Both the position numbers and the translations under genes were made by a program. DNA of 64,000 bases from contig WAMV01000007.1 of the NCBI GenBank assembly GCA_015522145.1, forward strand, positions 1 through 64,000, written 5' to 3'. The notes beneath the pieces are model-generated. The model saw nothing but the letters and a program-made list of their open reading frames with translations. It did not search any database and was not told the DNA's origin. Of the stretch, positions 29,676 to 40,698 are shown piece after piece (position 1 is the first letter of the stretch; each line of letters opens with the position of its first letter). The DNA is from Candidatus Aenigmatarchaeota archaeon. Lineage in GTDB: Archaea; Aenigmatarchaeota; Aenigmatarchaeia; CG10238-14; WAMV01.

Positions 29676-30478
29676 ATTTCTCCCAACCTCTCTATAGCTG
29701 ATTTTGTAAATATTGTTAGCCTGCCAGGATGTGCTCCTGGTGCAAGATATTCTGCGCTCAAATTCTCAACCCTAACAACATGACAGCCAGGCAAGTTTTT
29801 AATAGCTTTGCCTATTCCCTCATCTTTATCCACCACAAATAATATGCCTACTCTTTTCCTATATCTTCTGCCTCTCATCTTGCCTTTGCCAGCCCTAACT
29901 TTCTTTTTCTTAATTCTTTTTAGCTCTTCTTCCAAGCCAATCTTCTTTAAAAACTCTACAAGCTCTTTGGTTTTAGAGATTTTTTGAATATCGTCCTCTA
30001 CCACTATAGGCAAAGAAGATAAGTTTTGAACTTTGTGGCCTCTGGCTTGTACAAGCTCTTTGACTGCAGTGGCTGCTATCGCTGAAGCTATGGCAAGCCT
30101 TCTCTCTTTTTTGTTTATTTTTTGCTCCCAGACTTTCTCAACTTTTGGTGGATGGGCACGCATACCTTTCCTTACATTACTAGACCTTCTAGCAACGAAC
30201 ATCATATGGGGTGGTGCATTACCATGAATTCTTGCATGCCTTGCCATTTCCCTATCCATCATTAAGTACTCTGCCCTTAGCCTTCTTCTGCCATGATAAT
30301 GAGCTGAAGTTCTCTTGCCTGCATAAACATCTGTACCATAAGGTTGCCTTTTCTTGCTTTGCGTAGCTAGAAATGCTCTTTTTATCAAATCCTCCCTAAT
30401 AGGAGTGGAAAAAACTTTTGGTAGCTTTACTTTGCCTACTACTTCACCATTTATCGAGTAAAGGTTAGCCTCTTTCAT
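29657..30478 (-). CDS. rpl4: Ribosomal protein uL4
   Basis: [35 protein letters not shown]. Confidence 0.97.
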   Translation of the reverse strand: MKEANLYSINGEVVGKVKLPKVFSTPIREDLIKRAFLATQSKKRQPYGTDVYAGKRTSAHYHGRRRLRAEYLMMDREMARHARIHGNAPPHMMFVARRSSNVRKGMRAHPPKVEKVWEQKINKKERRLAIASAIAATAVKELVQARGHKVQNLSSLPIVVEDDIQKISKTKELVEFLKKIGLEEELKRIKKKKVRAGKGKMRGRRYRKRVGILFVVDKDEGIGKAIKNLPGCHVVRVENLSAEYLAPGAHPGRLTIFTKSAIERLGEIWQKLS

Positions 30479-31445
30479 AAACAACCTCCTTTATTGGATA
30501 AATTACTTTTTTAAGTTTATGAGGTCTTATAGCTTCCCTTAAAATTATCAACCTCTTTTTTGGGCCGGGTACAGAGCCGTGAATTAATACATACTTAGTT
30601 CTTACTAAACCATATTTGTGATGACCTGATTTTGGATTTATCTCTTGACCATTACCTATCTTGAGAATTCTTTTATTATATTCTGTTCTTTGTTGAAAGC
30701 CTAGCTGTCCAGCTTGGGGAACTGTATAAAGCACTTTCGCAGGATTCTCTGATCCTAGAGTACCAACATGTCTTCTTTTCTTTTTTGCTTTTCTTGTCTG
30801 GATTTTAACGCCAAACCTCTTGACAGGGCCTGCTGTACCTTTACCTTTGGTTATTCCTATAACATCAACCAGAACACCTTCTTCAAAAACCTCGCTTATA
30901 TCAAGCTCCTTGCCTAGTTTTTGTTTTGCGTATTCCCAAGCATCTTTAGCATTGCCTCCAACTTCGATTTCAAAAACTTCTGGTTTCTTTTTTCTTACGC
31001 CTGAGATTTTTGGCTGAGTAGCTACAATCAGCCTGACTTTCTCTATTTTATCCAAACTGTTTTCTATTTCCTTAAGTTTTTTGTCTATATCGTGTGGGTT
31101 TAATGTTTTTATCTTCCTCTTTATTTCTGGCGGCAAATTTTTGGTCCAAACTTCAGAAAAAACCTTTAAGCCTTTTGTTGTTTTTTCATACACTCTTATA
31201 CCCACAACAAGTAGGGGTGGGACCTCTATTATAGTTGCTGGCAAAGCTATATCTTCGTTATAGCTTAATGAAGTTTGGACAGGGTCCTTAGCTATTACGT
31301 GAACCATACCGACTTTGTAGCCTGCGAAAGCTAATGGCTTTACTTTTTCGCTTTTAGGAAAGTTTATTCTTGGATAGATTCTTCTAGCTCTAACTCTAGG
31401 ATAAAAAGCCATGCTTCCTGCTCTTGGCTTGCTATCTTTTACCAT
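30465..31445 (-). CDS. rpl3: Ribosomal protein uL3
   Basis: PRAGSMAFYP, GYKVGM, TKGKG..GPVKRFG, GSVPG. Confidence 0.97.
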   Translation of the reverse strand: MVKDSKPRAGSMAFYPRVRARRIYPRINFPKSEKVKPLAFAGYKVGMVHVIAKDPVQTSLSYNEDIALPATIIEVPPLLVVGIRVYEKTTKGLKVFSEVWTKNLPPEIKRKIKTLNPHDIDKKLKEIENSLDKIEKVRLIVATQPKISGVRKKKPEVFEIEVGGNAKDAWEYAKQKLGKELDISEVFEEGVLVDVIGITKGKGTAGPVKRFGVKIQTRKAKKKRRHVGTLGSENPAKVLYTVPQAGQLGFQQRTEYNKRILKIGNGQEINPKSGHHKYGLVRTKYVLIHGSVPGPKKRLIILREAIRPHKLKKVIYPIKEVVYERG

Positions 31446-31499
31446 ATTCTAGCCTCTTTTTTGGTATATTATTAATTTTTGGATAAGGTTAATATAGTT

Positions 31500-31973
31500 A
31501 TGGTAGATTGTGTAATTTGTTCTATAGCTCAAAAGAAAATTAAATCCTTTATTATCTATGAGAGCTCTGACTTTATAGCATTTTTAGACATAATGCCTAG
31601 AGTTAAAGGCATGACAATTGTTGCTCCAAAAGAGCATGTAACTAGCTTAGTAGATTATGATAAAGCATTTGAGCTAATGAAAACAGTTTTGAAAGTTGCT
31701 AAACAAATTAAGGTCGAATTAAATGCAAAATCTGTAATAATTAGCAATTTACCCACACAATCCGGCCATTTAATAATTAAACTGTACCCTATAAAAGAAG
31801 ATACAGAATTCCCCTTATTTGAAAAAGATCCCATAAGGTTAGATGAAAAAGATCTAATGGATCTTTTAGAAAAATTGAAAATAGAAGAAATTGAAGAGTA
31901 TGAAAAAAAGAAAATTCAAGAAAGGGATGTAGAATATATGGAAAAATTAAAACGGGAGTGGGAGTTTACTTAA
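31500..31973 (+). CDS. HIT family protein with degenerate triad
   Basis: DCVIC, IIYE..FIAFLDI.P, PKEH; HxHxH replaced by HLIIK. Confidence 0.75.
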   Translation: MVDCVICSIAQKKIKSFIIYESSDFIAFLDIMPRVKGMTIVAPKEHVTSLVDYDKAFELMKTVLKVAKQIKVELNAKSVIISNLPTQSGHLIIKLYPIKEDTEFPLFEKDPIRLDEKDLMDLLEKLKIEEIEEYEKKKIQERDVEYMEKLKREWEFT

Positions 31974-32005
31974 TTTTTTAAACCCCGTTTAAAAACTAAA
32001 TTATT

Positions 32006-32497
32006 ATGGTTAAACTAGAGACTGTTAAAATAGAAGCTAGGGAAGGAGTTAATGTTATAATTGGTACATCTCATTTCATAAAAACCGTAGAAGATTTATA
32101 TGAGGCTTTAGTTAATAGCGTACCAGATATAAAGTTTGGTTTAGCATTTTGTGAAGCCTCTGGAGACAGGCTAGTAAGGTATGATGGAAATGATGAAGAG
32201 CTTATAGAATTAGCAAAACAAAAAGCTTTAGAGATTGGAGCTGGGCATAGCTTCATAATCTTCATAAAAAATGCTTTTCCCATAAACGTGCTTGATAGAA
32301 TAAAAGCTGTACCCGAAGTTGTCAATATACTTGCAGCTACTGGCAATCCTGTAGAAATTATAATAGCTGAGACTGAGCAAGGGAGAGCTATTATTGGTAT
32401 AGTAGACGGGCAAAAACCTTTAGGTATAGAAGATGAAAACAAAATAAAAGAAAGAAAAGAGTTCTTAAGAAAAATTGGTTATAAACAACAACCTTAG
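32006..32497 (+). CDS. Adenosine-specific kinase (DUF355) family
   Basis: [33 protein letters not shown]. Confidence 0.9.
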   Translation: MVKLETVKIEAREGVNVIIGTSHFIKTVEDLYEALVNSVPDIKFGLAFCEASGDRLVRYDGNDEELIELAKQKALEIGAGHSFIIFIKNAFPINVLDRIKAVPEVVNILAATGNPVEIIIAETEQGRAIIGIVDGQKPLGIEDENKIKERKEFLRKIGYKQQP

Positions 32498-32539
32498 CAA
32501 ATAGTAAGATTTAAATTGAAACCTTCTAAATTCATTAGT

Positions 32540-32926
32540 ATGAGACACAATTTGCTGGCAGATGCGTTATCAATGATAAAGAATGCTGAAAGAGTGGGAA
32601 AGAAAGAAGTAGTTATACCCGCTAGCAAACTAATAGGTAATGTGCTAGAAGTTATGAAAAAATACAATTATATAGAGGGTTATGAATTTGTTGACGACGG
32701 CAAATCAGGCAAGTTTAAAGTTAAGCTCATAGGTAAGATTAACAACTGTAATGTTATATCACCAAGGTTTTCCACAAAGATTGATGAGTTTGAAAAGTGG
32801 GAAAAAAGATTTTTGCCAGCAGTTAACTTTGGTATTTTAATTTTAACTACCCCCAAAGGTGTTATGAGTCATCATGAAGCAAAAAAACTTGGTATAGGTG
32901 GTCAGCTTTTAGCTTATGTTTATTAA
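32540..32926 (+). CDS. rps8: Ribosomal protein uS8
   Basis: LADALS.IKNAE, ISPRF, GVMSH, GG.LLAYVY; ATG 32540. Confidence 0.97.
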   Translation: MRHNLLADALSMIKNAERVGKKEVVIPASKLIGNVLEVMKKYNYIEGYEFVDDGKSGKFKVKLIGKINNCNVISPRFSTKIDEFEKWEKRFLPAVNFGILILTTPKGVMSHHEAKKLGIGGQLLAYVY

Positions 32927-32935
32927 GGTGAAACC

Positions 32936-33478
32936 ATGCCTTTCAAAAAAGTTATAGAAGTGCCAGAAGATGTAAGCGTAGAAATTGAAAATTATAAAAT
33001 AAAAGCTTCTGGTCCCTTAGGTGCGCTAGAAAAGGAACTTAAAGAGCTTGAACGTTTTGATGAAATAAAGATAGAGAAACAAGACAACAAAATAATTGTT
33101 AGAATAGAGGGAAAGGAAAGAAGAAAAGTAAAAGCAATGGCTGGTAAAATAGCTGCTTTAATCAGAAATGCTATAAAAGGCGTAAAAGAAGGATTCACTT
33201 ACAAAATGAGAATTGTTTATTCTCACTTCCCCATAAAAGTTGAAATAAAAGACAATGAAGTAATAATAAACAACTTCCTGGGTGAAAGAACGCCAAGAAT
33301 TGCTAAGATTGTTGGCAACACTAAGGTAGAAATTAAAGGTCAGGATATAATAGTGACATCTGTAGATAAAGAGGAGGCAGGACAAACAGCAGGAAATATA
33401 GAGCAAGCAACCAGAATAACAGGAAAGGACAGAAGAGTGTTTCAGGATGGAATTTTTATAGTGGAGAAGCCAAAATGA
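32936..33478 (+). CDS. rpl6: Ribosomal protein uL6
   Basis: YSHFP, NFLGE, DRRVFQDGI. Confidence 0.97.
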   Translation: MPFKKVIEVPEDVSVEIENYKIKASGPLGALEKELKELERFDEIKIEKQDNKIIVRIEGKERRKVKAMAGKIAALIRNAIKGVKEGFTYKMRIVYSHFPIKVEIKDNEVIINNFLGERTPRIAKIVGNTKVEIKGQDIIVTSVDKEEAGQTAGNIEQATRITGKDRRVFQDGIFIVEKPK

Positions 33479-33951
33479 TGGCGAAAATAGTAAGTTTTGT
33501 CTTTTCTCTTTTATCCTATTTTTTCAAAAAACCTACCATAGCCACCGATGTGGTTGTTGAGAAGAATGGTAAAATTTTGCTTATAAAAAGAACTTTCTGG
33601 CCATATGATAATTACTATAGCTTACCAGGGGGCATGGTGGAATATGGAGAAAGAGTTGAAGATGCTGCTAAACGAGAGCTTTACGAAGAAACTGGTTTAA
33701 AAGCTAAGGAATTAAAACTGTTGGGTGTTTTCTCTGACCCCAAAAGAGACCCTAGATGGCATGCTATAACTATAGCATTTGCTGTTACTAAATTCAGTGG
33801 TCAAATAAGACCTAGCATAGAAAGCAAAGAAGTTGTCTGGATGGACATTAGAAAAGTAAAAAAACTTAAATTAGCATTTGACCATAACAAAATCATTAAC
33901 ACTTATTTAAGGTGGAAATATGGTCAATCCAAAGAAAAAAATAAGGTTTAG
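33475..33951 (+). CDS. NUDIX hydrolase
   Basis: Nudix box PGGMVEYGE....AAKRELYEETG, RDPR, LAFDH. Confidence 0.93.
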   Translation: MMAKIVSFVFSLLSYFFKKPTIATDVVVEKNGKILLIKRTFWPYDNYYSLPGGMVEYGERVEDAAKRELYEETGLKAKELKLLGVFSDPKRDPRWHAITIAFAVTKFSGQIRPSIESKEVVWMDIRKVKKLKLAFDHNKIINTYLRWKYGQSKEKNKV

Positions 33952-34267
33952 AAGACAGATGAGCGAAGCTTATGTTAGAGTTAAAGAAAGTTGGCGCAGG
34001 CCTAGAGGTCAAACCAATAAAGTTAGAAAAGAGTATAAGGGTAAAATCGCTAAAGTAAAGATTGGTTATAAAGCTGATGCCAATCTTAGATTTTTACATC
34101 CTTCTGGCTACAAAGAAGTACTAGTTCATAACTTAAAAGAACTGGAAAAGGTGGATCCAAAAACTCAAGCTGTAAGAATTGCCAGCACTGTTGGTAAAAA
34201 GAAGAGAATGAAAATAATCAAAAAAGCCGAAGAGCTTGGAATAAAAGTTTTAAATCCTCAGCTATAA
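33920..34267 (+). CDS. rpl32e: Ribosomal protein eL32
   Basis: WRRPRG, LHPSG, VLNP. Confidence 0.96.
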   Translation: MVNPKKKIRFRRQMSEAYVRVKESWRRPRGQTNKVRKEYKGKIAKVKIGYKADANLRFLHPSGYKEVLVHNLKELEKVDPKTQAVRIASTVGKKKRMKIIKKAEELGIKVLNPQL

Positions 34268-35043
34268 GCTAAGGCTCTTAACAAATCTTTTTTTGTTATT
34301 ATGCCTACCAAGCTTCCATTTTCTATTACTGGCAGGCCAGAAATGTCATGCTCTAACATTATTTTGGCTGCCTTGCTCAGAGTATCTTCTGGACTTATTG
34401 TTATAACATTTTTGCTCATTATGTCTTGAACTGTATATTGTCTCAATTTTTCATTCCAGTGTTTTCCTTCTGCTCTTTGCCTAAACTTTTGCAGAAAGTT
34501 TGAAATATCAGAATAACAAAGCATGCCTACTAGCTCATTGCCCCTAACAACCGGCAAGCGAGAAATTTTTTTGTTAATGAGTATTTTTCTTGCCTCTAAA
34601 ATTCTTGTGGTTGGTGCAACAGTAGTAACTTTTCTATGCATAAATTCCCTAACCTTTCTTTTATCTTGTATCAGAGCTTTTATTAAATCCGTTTTTGTAA
34701 TTATGCCTACTATTTTCTCATTATCAATAACAATTAAGCTAGATATATCATTTTTTAACATTAACTTTGCGGCTTCCTTTATGTCAGCATTTGCTTTTAT
34801 AGTTACTAGTTTTTTTGAATAACAAGAAGAAACGTATACGTGAGCGTCTGATATGCTTCTTTCTTTTTCATGTCCGAGTCTCCTAGCCAAATCTTTAAAA
34901 GTTACTATACCAACAATTTCTTTGTTTTTAGTAACTAAAAGACGAGAAATATTGTGTTTATTCATTAATTTTACCGCATTACGCACTGGTGAGTTTGCAT
35001 CTATAGTAATTAAGTTCTTGTTAGCAAGTTCTATAACCTTCAC
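34258..35043 (-). CDS. CBS-domain protein (four CBS repeats)
   Basis: Repeated M...ISxLxV...VGIIT..D units. Confidence 0.92.
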   Translation of the reverse strand: MKVIELANKNLITIDANSPVRNAVKLMNKHNISRLLVTKNKEIVGIVTFKDLARRLGHEKERSISDAHVYVSSCYSKKLVTIKANADIKEAAKLMLKNDISSLIVIDNEKIVGIITKTDLIKALIQDKRKVREFMHRKVTTVAPTTRILEARKILINKKISRLPVVRGNELVGMLCYSDISNFLQKFRQRAEGKHWNEKLRQYTVQDIMSKNVITISPEDTLSKAAKIMLEHDISGLPVIENGSLVGIITKKDLLRALAYS

Positions 35044-35081
35044 AAATATAGTTTTTTGTTTTCCAATTAAATTTTTATTTT

Positions 35082-36152
35082 ATGAAAAAATCAGGCATCT
35101 GTGATTTGCCTTTACATTACGGAAGAGCTCCGGCTTGGCTCTTCAAAAAAATGAAAATCTTGGCTAGAGAAATTTCCCAAATAATTATAGCTGAATATGG
35201 AACCAAGGAATTTTTGAAAAGAATTTCTAACCTTTATTTCTTTCAGTCTTTTGGTTGTGTGATTGGATTTGACTGGCATAGCTCCGGTCTAACAACAACG
35301 GTTTGTGGAGCTTTGAAAGAAAGCAAGTTAGAGGAGTTAGGAATATTTATTACTGGAGGGAAAGGCAGAACAAGTACTAAGACACCTGAGGAAATTGTTA
35401 AAATAGGACACAAATTTGGAATAAATGATAAAAAAATAGAAAAAATGGTCTATGCGAGCAAAATTACAGCAAAAATTGATAATAGCGTACTGCAAGATAA
35501 TTATACTTTATATCACCATACCTTTATTTTCGATGAAAACGGAAATTGGGCTGTTATTCAGCAGGGAATGAATGAAAATTCTGGATTTGCCAGAAGATAT
35601 CACTGGCTATCCTTTAACCTAAAAAATTTTGTAATGGAACCTCATGAAGCAATATGTGCAGAAAAAACTGAACCCAAAGTTTTAAATTTGGTGTCTAGAA
35701 AGAGCAAAGAAACTCAAAACTGCATAGTTGATTTAATAAATGAAAAGAACCTTGGTAAATGGTTGGCACCTAAAAACTCACTAATAAAGTACTTAAGAAT
35801 GCCTGCTAAGCACGAAATAGACAAATTTGTTTATCAAAAAATTTTAGAGCTTCAAAACTTCTCTCCTAGTAATTTTGAAGAGCTTATTGGCATAAGGGGG
35901 GTTGGAGCCAAAACAATAAGAGCCTTAGCTTTAATAAGCAAACTGGTTTATGGTAGTGAGATTGACTGGAAAGATCCTGCTAAATATTCTTTTGCCCATG
36001 GTGGTAAAGATGGTATACCATATCCTGTCGATATCAAAAATTATGAAAAAACCATAAAGTTTTTGGAAGACATTGTTCAAGATTCTAGCATAAACAGAAA
36101 GGAAAAGCAAGAGGCTTTGAAAAGACTTTATACTAAAACTAAGTTTATATAA
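35082..36152 (+). CDS. DUF763 family protein
   Basis: DLPLHYGRAP, DWHSSGLTT, ARRYHW, FAHGGKDG.PYPV. Confidence 0.9.
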   Translation: MKKSGICDLPLHYGRAPAWLFKKMKILAREISQIIIAEYGTKEFLKRISNLYFFQSFGCVIGFDWHSSGLTTTVCGALKESKLEELGIFITGGKGRTSTKTPEEIVKIGHKFGINDKKIEKMVYASKITAKIDNSVLQDNYTLYHHTFIFDENGNWAVIQQGMNENSGFARRYHWLSFNLKNFVMEPHEAICAEKTEPKVLNLVSRKSKETQNCIVDLINEKNLGKWLAPKNSLIKYLRMPAKHEIDKFVYQKILELQNFSPSNFEELIGIRGVGAKTIRALALISKLVYGSEIDWKDPAKYSFAHGGKDGIPYPVDIKNYEKTIKFLEDIVQDSSINRKEKQEALKRLYTKTKFI

Positions 36153-36173
36153 GTAACCTGCAAATTTAATTCT

Positions 36174-36605
36174 ATGACAAATTTAAGGTTGCAAAAAAGG
36201 TTAGCAGCACAAATACTCAAAGTGGGAGTAAGCAAAGTTTGGATAGACCCAACTAAAATTGAAGAAGTAAAAGAAGCTATTACTAAAAATGATGTCAGAA
36301 GGTTGATAGAAAAGGGTTATATCAAGAAATTGCCAGATAAACCAAAAATGCCTAAGAAAAGGAGGAAGAGAAGGGGTCCGGGGAGCAAAAAAGGAGCAAA
36401 ACATTCTATTGTTGATAAGAAAAGAAGGTGGATAAACACTGTAAGACCATTACGCAAGCTTGCTAAACAGCTTAAAGAAGAAGGTAAGATTGATCAAAAA
36501 ACTTTTAAGCAATTGTATAGATGGATAAAGGGTAATATGTTTAGGAGCAGAAGACACATGCTACTTTTCTTAAAGCAAAGAAAGCTTATTAAGGAAGAGA
36601 AATAG
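36174..36605 (+). CDS. rpl19e: Ribosomal protein eL19
   Basis: QKRLAA, VWIDP, RGPGSKKG. Confidence 0.97.
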   Translation: MTNLRLQKRLAAQILKVGVSKVWIDPTKIEEVKEAITKNDVRRLIEKGYIKKLPDKPKMPKKRRKRRGPGSKKGAKHSIVDKKRRWINTVRPLRKLAKQLKEEGKIDQKTFKQLYRWIKGNMFRSRRHMLLFLKQRKLIKEEK

Positions 36606-36649
36606 TTTTGTTTTTATAATAATTTAGGAAAAAATTTAAGTGTGATAGC

Positions 36650-37177
36650 ATGCCAAAATTGAGCCCTACCTATAAAATGCCTTTCAGAAGGAGGAGAGAA
36701 GGAAAAACTAACTATAGGAAAAGATTAAAGCTATTGCTGTCTGGCAAGCCTAGGCTTGTTGTTAGAAAAAGTAATCGTTACCTTATAGCTCAAGTAGTTA
36801 CATACAATCCGAAAGGTGATGTTACAGTAGCTAGCGTTAACAGCAAATTTTTAAAGAAACTTGGCTGGGAATATTCTTGCAAAAATACGCCCGCTGCCTA
36901 CTTAACTGGACTGATGATAGGTAAAAAAGCTTTGGAAAAGGGTGTAAAAGAAGCTATTTTGGATATGGGTCTTTATCCTTCTACCAGGGGCAATAGAATT
37001 TATGCTTTAGTTAAGGGTGCCATAGATGCTGGAATGCAAATTCCTGTTAGCGGGGAAATGTTCCCTAATGAAGAAAGAATAAAAGGTTTGCACATAGAAG
37101 CTTACTTAGAAAAGGCTAAAGGAATGTCAAAAAAATTTGAAGAGATAAAGAAAATTATATTGGGTGATGCTCAATGA
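36650..37177 (+). CDS. rpl18: Ribosomal protein uL18
   Basis: RRRREGKTNY, NTPAAYLTG. Confidence 0.97.
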   Translation: MPKLSPTYKMPFRRRREGKTNYRKRLKLLLSGKPRLVVRKSNRYLIAQVVTYNPKGDVTVASVNSKFLKKLGWEYSCKNTPAAYLTGLMIGKKALEKGVKEAILDMGLYPSTRGNRIYALVKGAIDAGMQIPVSGEMFPNEERIKGLHIEAYLEKAKGMSKKFEEIKKIILGDAQ

Positions 37178-37890
37178 CAGAAGAAAACAAGCAAGAACAG
37201 GAAGAAAAACCTGAACAAATGAAAATTGAAGAAGAAAATCCTCTAGAGAAATGGGAGCCAAAAACAAAATTAGGTAAAATGGTTAAAGAAGGTAAGATTA
37301 AAAACTTGGATGAAATTCTTGAAAGAGGCTGGAAGATAAGAGAACCTGAAATTGTTGATTGGCTTGAACCTAATATGAAAAGTGAGCTTATCTTAATTGG
37401 AGGAAGAACTGGAAAGGGTGGAGGTCAGCAAAGAATACCTATCAGAATAACAGCTGTTGTTAAAAAATCCGGAAAAAGGTTCAGGATGAGCGCAATGGCC
37501 GTTGTGGGTAATGAGAAAGGTATAGTTGGTGTAGGATTTGGTAAAGCTAAAGAAGCAAGATTAGCTGTAGAAAAAGCTATAAGAAAAGCTAAACTCAACT
37601 TGATAAAAGTTAAGATGGGTTGTGGAAGCTGGGAATGTAATTGTGGAGAGCCTCATTCCATACCTTATAAATCAGAAGGCAAGAGTGGTTCTGTAAGAGC
37701 TATAATTATGCCCGCTCCTAAGGGCGTGGGTTTGGTAGTGGATGACGAAACAAAGAAGCTAATGAGATTAGCTGGCATAAAGGACATATGGTCAAAAACG
37801 TTTGGTTCAACAACAACAAGGTTTAACTTGATTAAAGCTTATTTCAATGCTCTAAAGAATTTGCATGCTTATCAAAGGGGTAAGAAATGA
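37174..37890 (+). CDS. rps5: Ribosomal protein uS5
   Basis: WEPKTKLG, GCGSWE, PAPKGVG. Confidence 0.97.
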   Translation: MTEENKQEQEEKPEQMKIEEENPLEKWEPKTKLGKMVKEGKIKNLDEILERGWKIREPEIVDWLEPNMKSELILIGGRTGKGGGQQRIPIRITAVVKKSGKRFRMSAMAVVGNEKGIVGVGFGKAKEARLAVEKAIRKAKLNLIKVKMGCGSWECNCGEPHSIPYKSEGKSGSVRAIIMPAPKGVGLVVDDETKKLMRLAGIKDIWSKTFGSTTTRFNLIKAYFNALKNLHAYQRGKK

Positions 37891-38342
37891 TAGCAGTCAT
37901 AAGAATTAGGGGTAGGGTGGGAGTAAGGAGAGACATAGAAGATACTCTAAAGCTTTTAAGATTGAAAAGAGTTAACCATTGTGTCGTTGTGCCAGAAACA
38001 CCTTCTTATCTAGGTATGATAAAAAAAGTCAAAGACTATGTTGCTTATGGAAAGATAAATTTTGAAACTTTTTTGGAATTGCTAAAGTGGCGCGGAAGGC
38101 TAGAAGGAGATAAAAGACTTACAGCAGAAGAAGTCAAAAAATTGGGTTTTGATAGCATAGAAGATCTTGCAAGAAAACTTTACAATGGGGAAATAAAGTT
38201 TAAAGATGTACCAAAACTTAAGCCTGTATTCAGATTAAGACCCCCAAAAGGCGGTCATAAATCCATAAAAGAACACTACCCTAGAGGTTCTTTAGGGAAT
38301 TGGGGAGAAGATATAAACAAATTGCTTGAAAAAATGATTTAA
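37887..38342 (+). CDS. rpl30: Ribosomal protein uL30
   Basis: AVIRIRG, FRLRPPKGG. Confidence 0.96.
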   Translation: MIAVIRIRGRVGVRRDIEDTLKLLRLKRVNHCVVVPETPSYLGMIKKVKDYVAYGKINFETFLELLKWRGRLEGDKRLTAEEVKKLGFDSIEDLARKLYNGEIKFKDVPKLKPVFRLRPPKGGHKSIKEHYPRGSLGNWGEDINKLLEKMI

Positions 38343-38351
38343 GGTGAAAAT

Positions 38352-38780
38352 ATGGTTGTTAGGAGAAGAAAAAAGGTAAGGAAGCAAAGAGGCTCCAGAA
38401 CTTATGGTTGGGGAAGTCAAAAAAAGCACAGAGGTAAAGGTAGCAAGGGGGGTAAAGGCAAAGCTGGAATGCACAAACATAAATGGACTTACACAGTAAA
38501 ATATGAACCAGAGCATTTTGGAAAAAGAGGTTTTAAAAGGCCTATAAAAAACGTTGTTAAAGCTATAAATTTGGGTGAGATAGAAAAATTAGTTTCTAAA
38601 AATCCCGATGTTGTGAAAAAGGAAAATGGTTCGCAAATAATAGATTTAACAAAACTTGGTTATGAAAAAGTTTTGGGGAAAGGTAAAATTAGCAAGCCAT
38701 ACGTTATTATAGCAAAGAAGTTTAGTGAAAAAGCAAAGCAAAAAATAGAGGTTGTTGGCGGTAAGGTAATAGAATCATGA
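38352..38780 (+). CDS. rpl15: Ribosomal protein uL15
   Basis: RGSRTYGWG, FGKRGF, KVLGKG. Confidence 0.97.
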   Translation: MVVRRRKKVRKQRGSRTYGWGSQKKHRGKGSKGGKGKAGMHKHKWTYTVKYEPEHFGKRGFKRPIKNVVKAINLGEIEKLVSKNPDVVKKENGSQIIDLTKLGYEKVLGKGKISKPYVIIAKKFSEKAKQKIEVVGGKVIES

Positions 38781-40210
38781 AAGAAAACAATGAAAAATCA
38801 CTGATAGAGAAAATAATCAAATATTTGCCTACTGTTGAAACTCCAAAATACCAAATTTCCACTAAGGAAAAAATAAAATGGACTGCATTGGTTTTGGGAA
38901 TATACTTCTTACTTTCCTACACGACCCTTTTTGGTATAGAGCCAAGGGCTTATGAGCAATTCAGATTTTTTGAAATTGTGTTAGGTTCCAGATTTGGAAC
39001 TTTAACTACTTTAGGTATCGCACCAATAGTCACTGCAGGTATAATAATGCAATTGCTTGTTGGATCAAAAATAATAAATTGGGATTTAACAGAGCCTGAA
39101 AATAGAAAAAAATTTCAAGCTTGGAATAAATTCTTAGCAATAGTTTTTGCGTTTTTAGAAGGCTTTGTTTATGTTATTAGCAATACAGTCCCAGCTAGCT
39201 CAGCAGCTCTAGTGCCTATAGTGGCTTTACAACTTGCTGCAGGGGCAATCATAATAATACTTCTAGACGAAATTGTTAGTAAATACGGTATTGGATCTGG
39301 TGTGAGTCTATTCATAGCAGCTGGTGTTGCAAGCCAAATTGTTATCAGAATGTTCTCACCATTTCCTTCAACTTGTACGGTACCAAGCTTGGAGTTATGC
39401 ATTCCTACTTTAGCTAATCCACCAACAGGATTGTTCTGGGAAGTTATTATTGGATTGTTAACTTCCAACTTAAGTCTTGTTATAACCACATTAATACCAA
39501 TAATTTCTACAATAGTTGTTTTTGCTGTAGTAGCTTATACACAATCTATAAGGGTTGAAATACCTCTTGAGTTTGGAGCTGCTCGAGGCTTTGGAAGAGT
39601 ATGGCCTTTAAATTTGTTCTATACAAGCAACATCCCAGTTATATTGGCAGCAGCCCTAATAGCTAACCTACAATTGTTTGGCCGTGTTGGATTGGTAGAA
39701 ACTGAACCTGGTGTGTTCTGTAACTTGCTTGGTTGCTACGATGCTGCTGGCAATGCAATTAGTGGATTGGCATATTATCTAACCGTGCCTACTAACTTTT
39801 TAATTAACTTATTTTCCGGAATTGTTACTGTTAATGAGATAATTAGAGCAATTTTTTACCTTTTCTTCTTTACGGCTCTTTGTATCATATTCTCAATATT
39901 CTGGGTTAATACTAGTGGTATGGATGCCACTAGCGTAGCTGAGCAAATAGAAGCTATAGGCTTTCATATACCTGGCTTCAGATCCCACAGAAAAGTTATA
40001 GAAAATATGTTAAACAAATATATACCTGCATTAACCTTTTTAGGTGGTTTGTTGGTTGGCTTGCTTGCTGTATTTGCTGACTTTACTGGAGCAATAGGCA
40101 CGGGCACGGGAATACTTTTAACTGTTATGATACTCTATAATTTTTATGAAGTGCTTAAACAAGAACCTGAAGATCAGCTGCCCACATGGTTAAAAAAGGT
40201 GATGTATTAA
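38777..40210 (+). CDS. secY: Preprotein translocase SecY
   Basis: LGIAPIVTA, GIGSGVSLFI, YTSNIP, GTGILLTV. Confidence 0.98.
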   Translation: MKENNEKSLIEKIIKYLPTVETPKYQISTKEKIKWTALVLGIYFLLSYTTLFGIEPRAYEQFRFFEIVLGSRFGTLTTLGIAPIVTAGIIMQLLVGSKIINWDLTEPENRKKFQAWNKFLAIVFAFLEGFVYVISNTVPASSAALVPIVALQLAAGAIIIILLDEIVSKYGIGSGVSLFIAAGVASQIVIRMFSPFPSTCTVPSLELCIPTLANPPTGLFWEVIIGLLTSNLSLVITTLIPIISTIVVFAVVAYTQSIRVEIPLEFGAARGFGRVWPLNLFYTSNIPVILAAALIANLQLFGRVGLVETEPGVFCNLLGCYDAAGNAISGLAYYLTVPTNFLINLFSGIVTVNEIIRAIFYLFFFTALCIIFSIFWVNTSGMDATSVAEQIEAIGFHIPGFRSHRKVIENMLNKYIPALTFLGGLLVGLLAVFADFTGAIGTGTGILLTVMILYNFYEVLKQEPEDQLPTWLKKVMY

Positions 40211-40698
40211 TGGCTCTACCAATAACAGCAATGGTTGGAAAGGCTATGGACAGCGTACTTTATCCTTTGGCAAGCTTCAATCCAGTCCTTTCTTTAACTA
40301 TAAGCTCATTGATTATGACTACGTTGCTTTTATCTTTATATCAGTACTTTTACAGGAAGAACAACTTAAAGGAGCTAAGGCAAAAATTAGAGTTCCTAAA
40401 AGAAGAGTTAATTAAAGTTCAAGTAAACAAGAGAAAAGAAGAAATGGAAAAAACGCTGAATGAGTACATACAGCTAAATAACAAGTTCATTAAATTCACT
40501 CTCCAAATAATGGTTATAAGCATAATAGTGGGCTTGCTTTTCTTTTCCTGGATGGAATTTAGATTTGAAAAAACAGCAAAGGTTATTTTACCTGTAAAAC
40601 TGCCTATAGTAGGAAACCAATTAAATTGGTTTGGTTGGTATCTAATATTATCATTTACTATAGCTTGGGTAATCAGGAGGTTACTAGAATGGGAGTAA
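40210..40698 (+). CDS. DUF106/EMC3-TMCO1 family membrane insertase
   Basis: TM, coiled coil, two TMs, WFGWY; follows secY. Confidence 0.85.
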   Translation: MALPITAMVGKAMDSVLYPLASFNPVLSLTISSLIMTTLLLSLYQYFYRKNNLKELRQKLEFLKEELIKVQVNKRKEEMEKTLNEYIQLNNKFIKFTLQIMVISIIVGLLFFSWMEFRFEKTAKVILPVKLPIVGNQLNWFGWYLILSFTIAWVIRRLLEWE

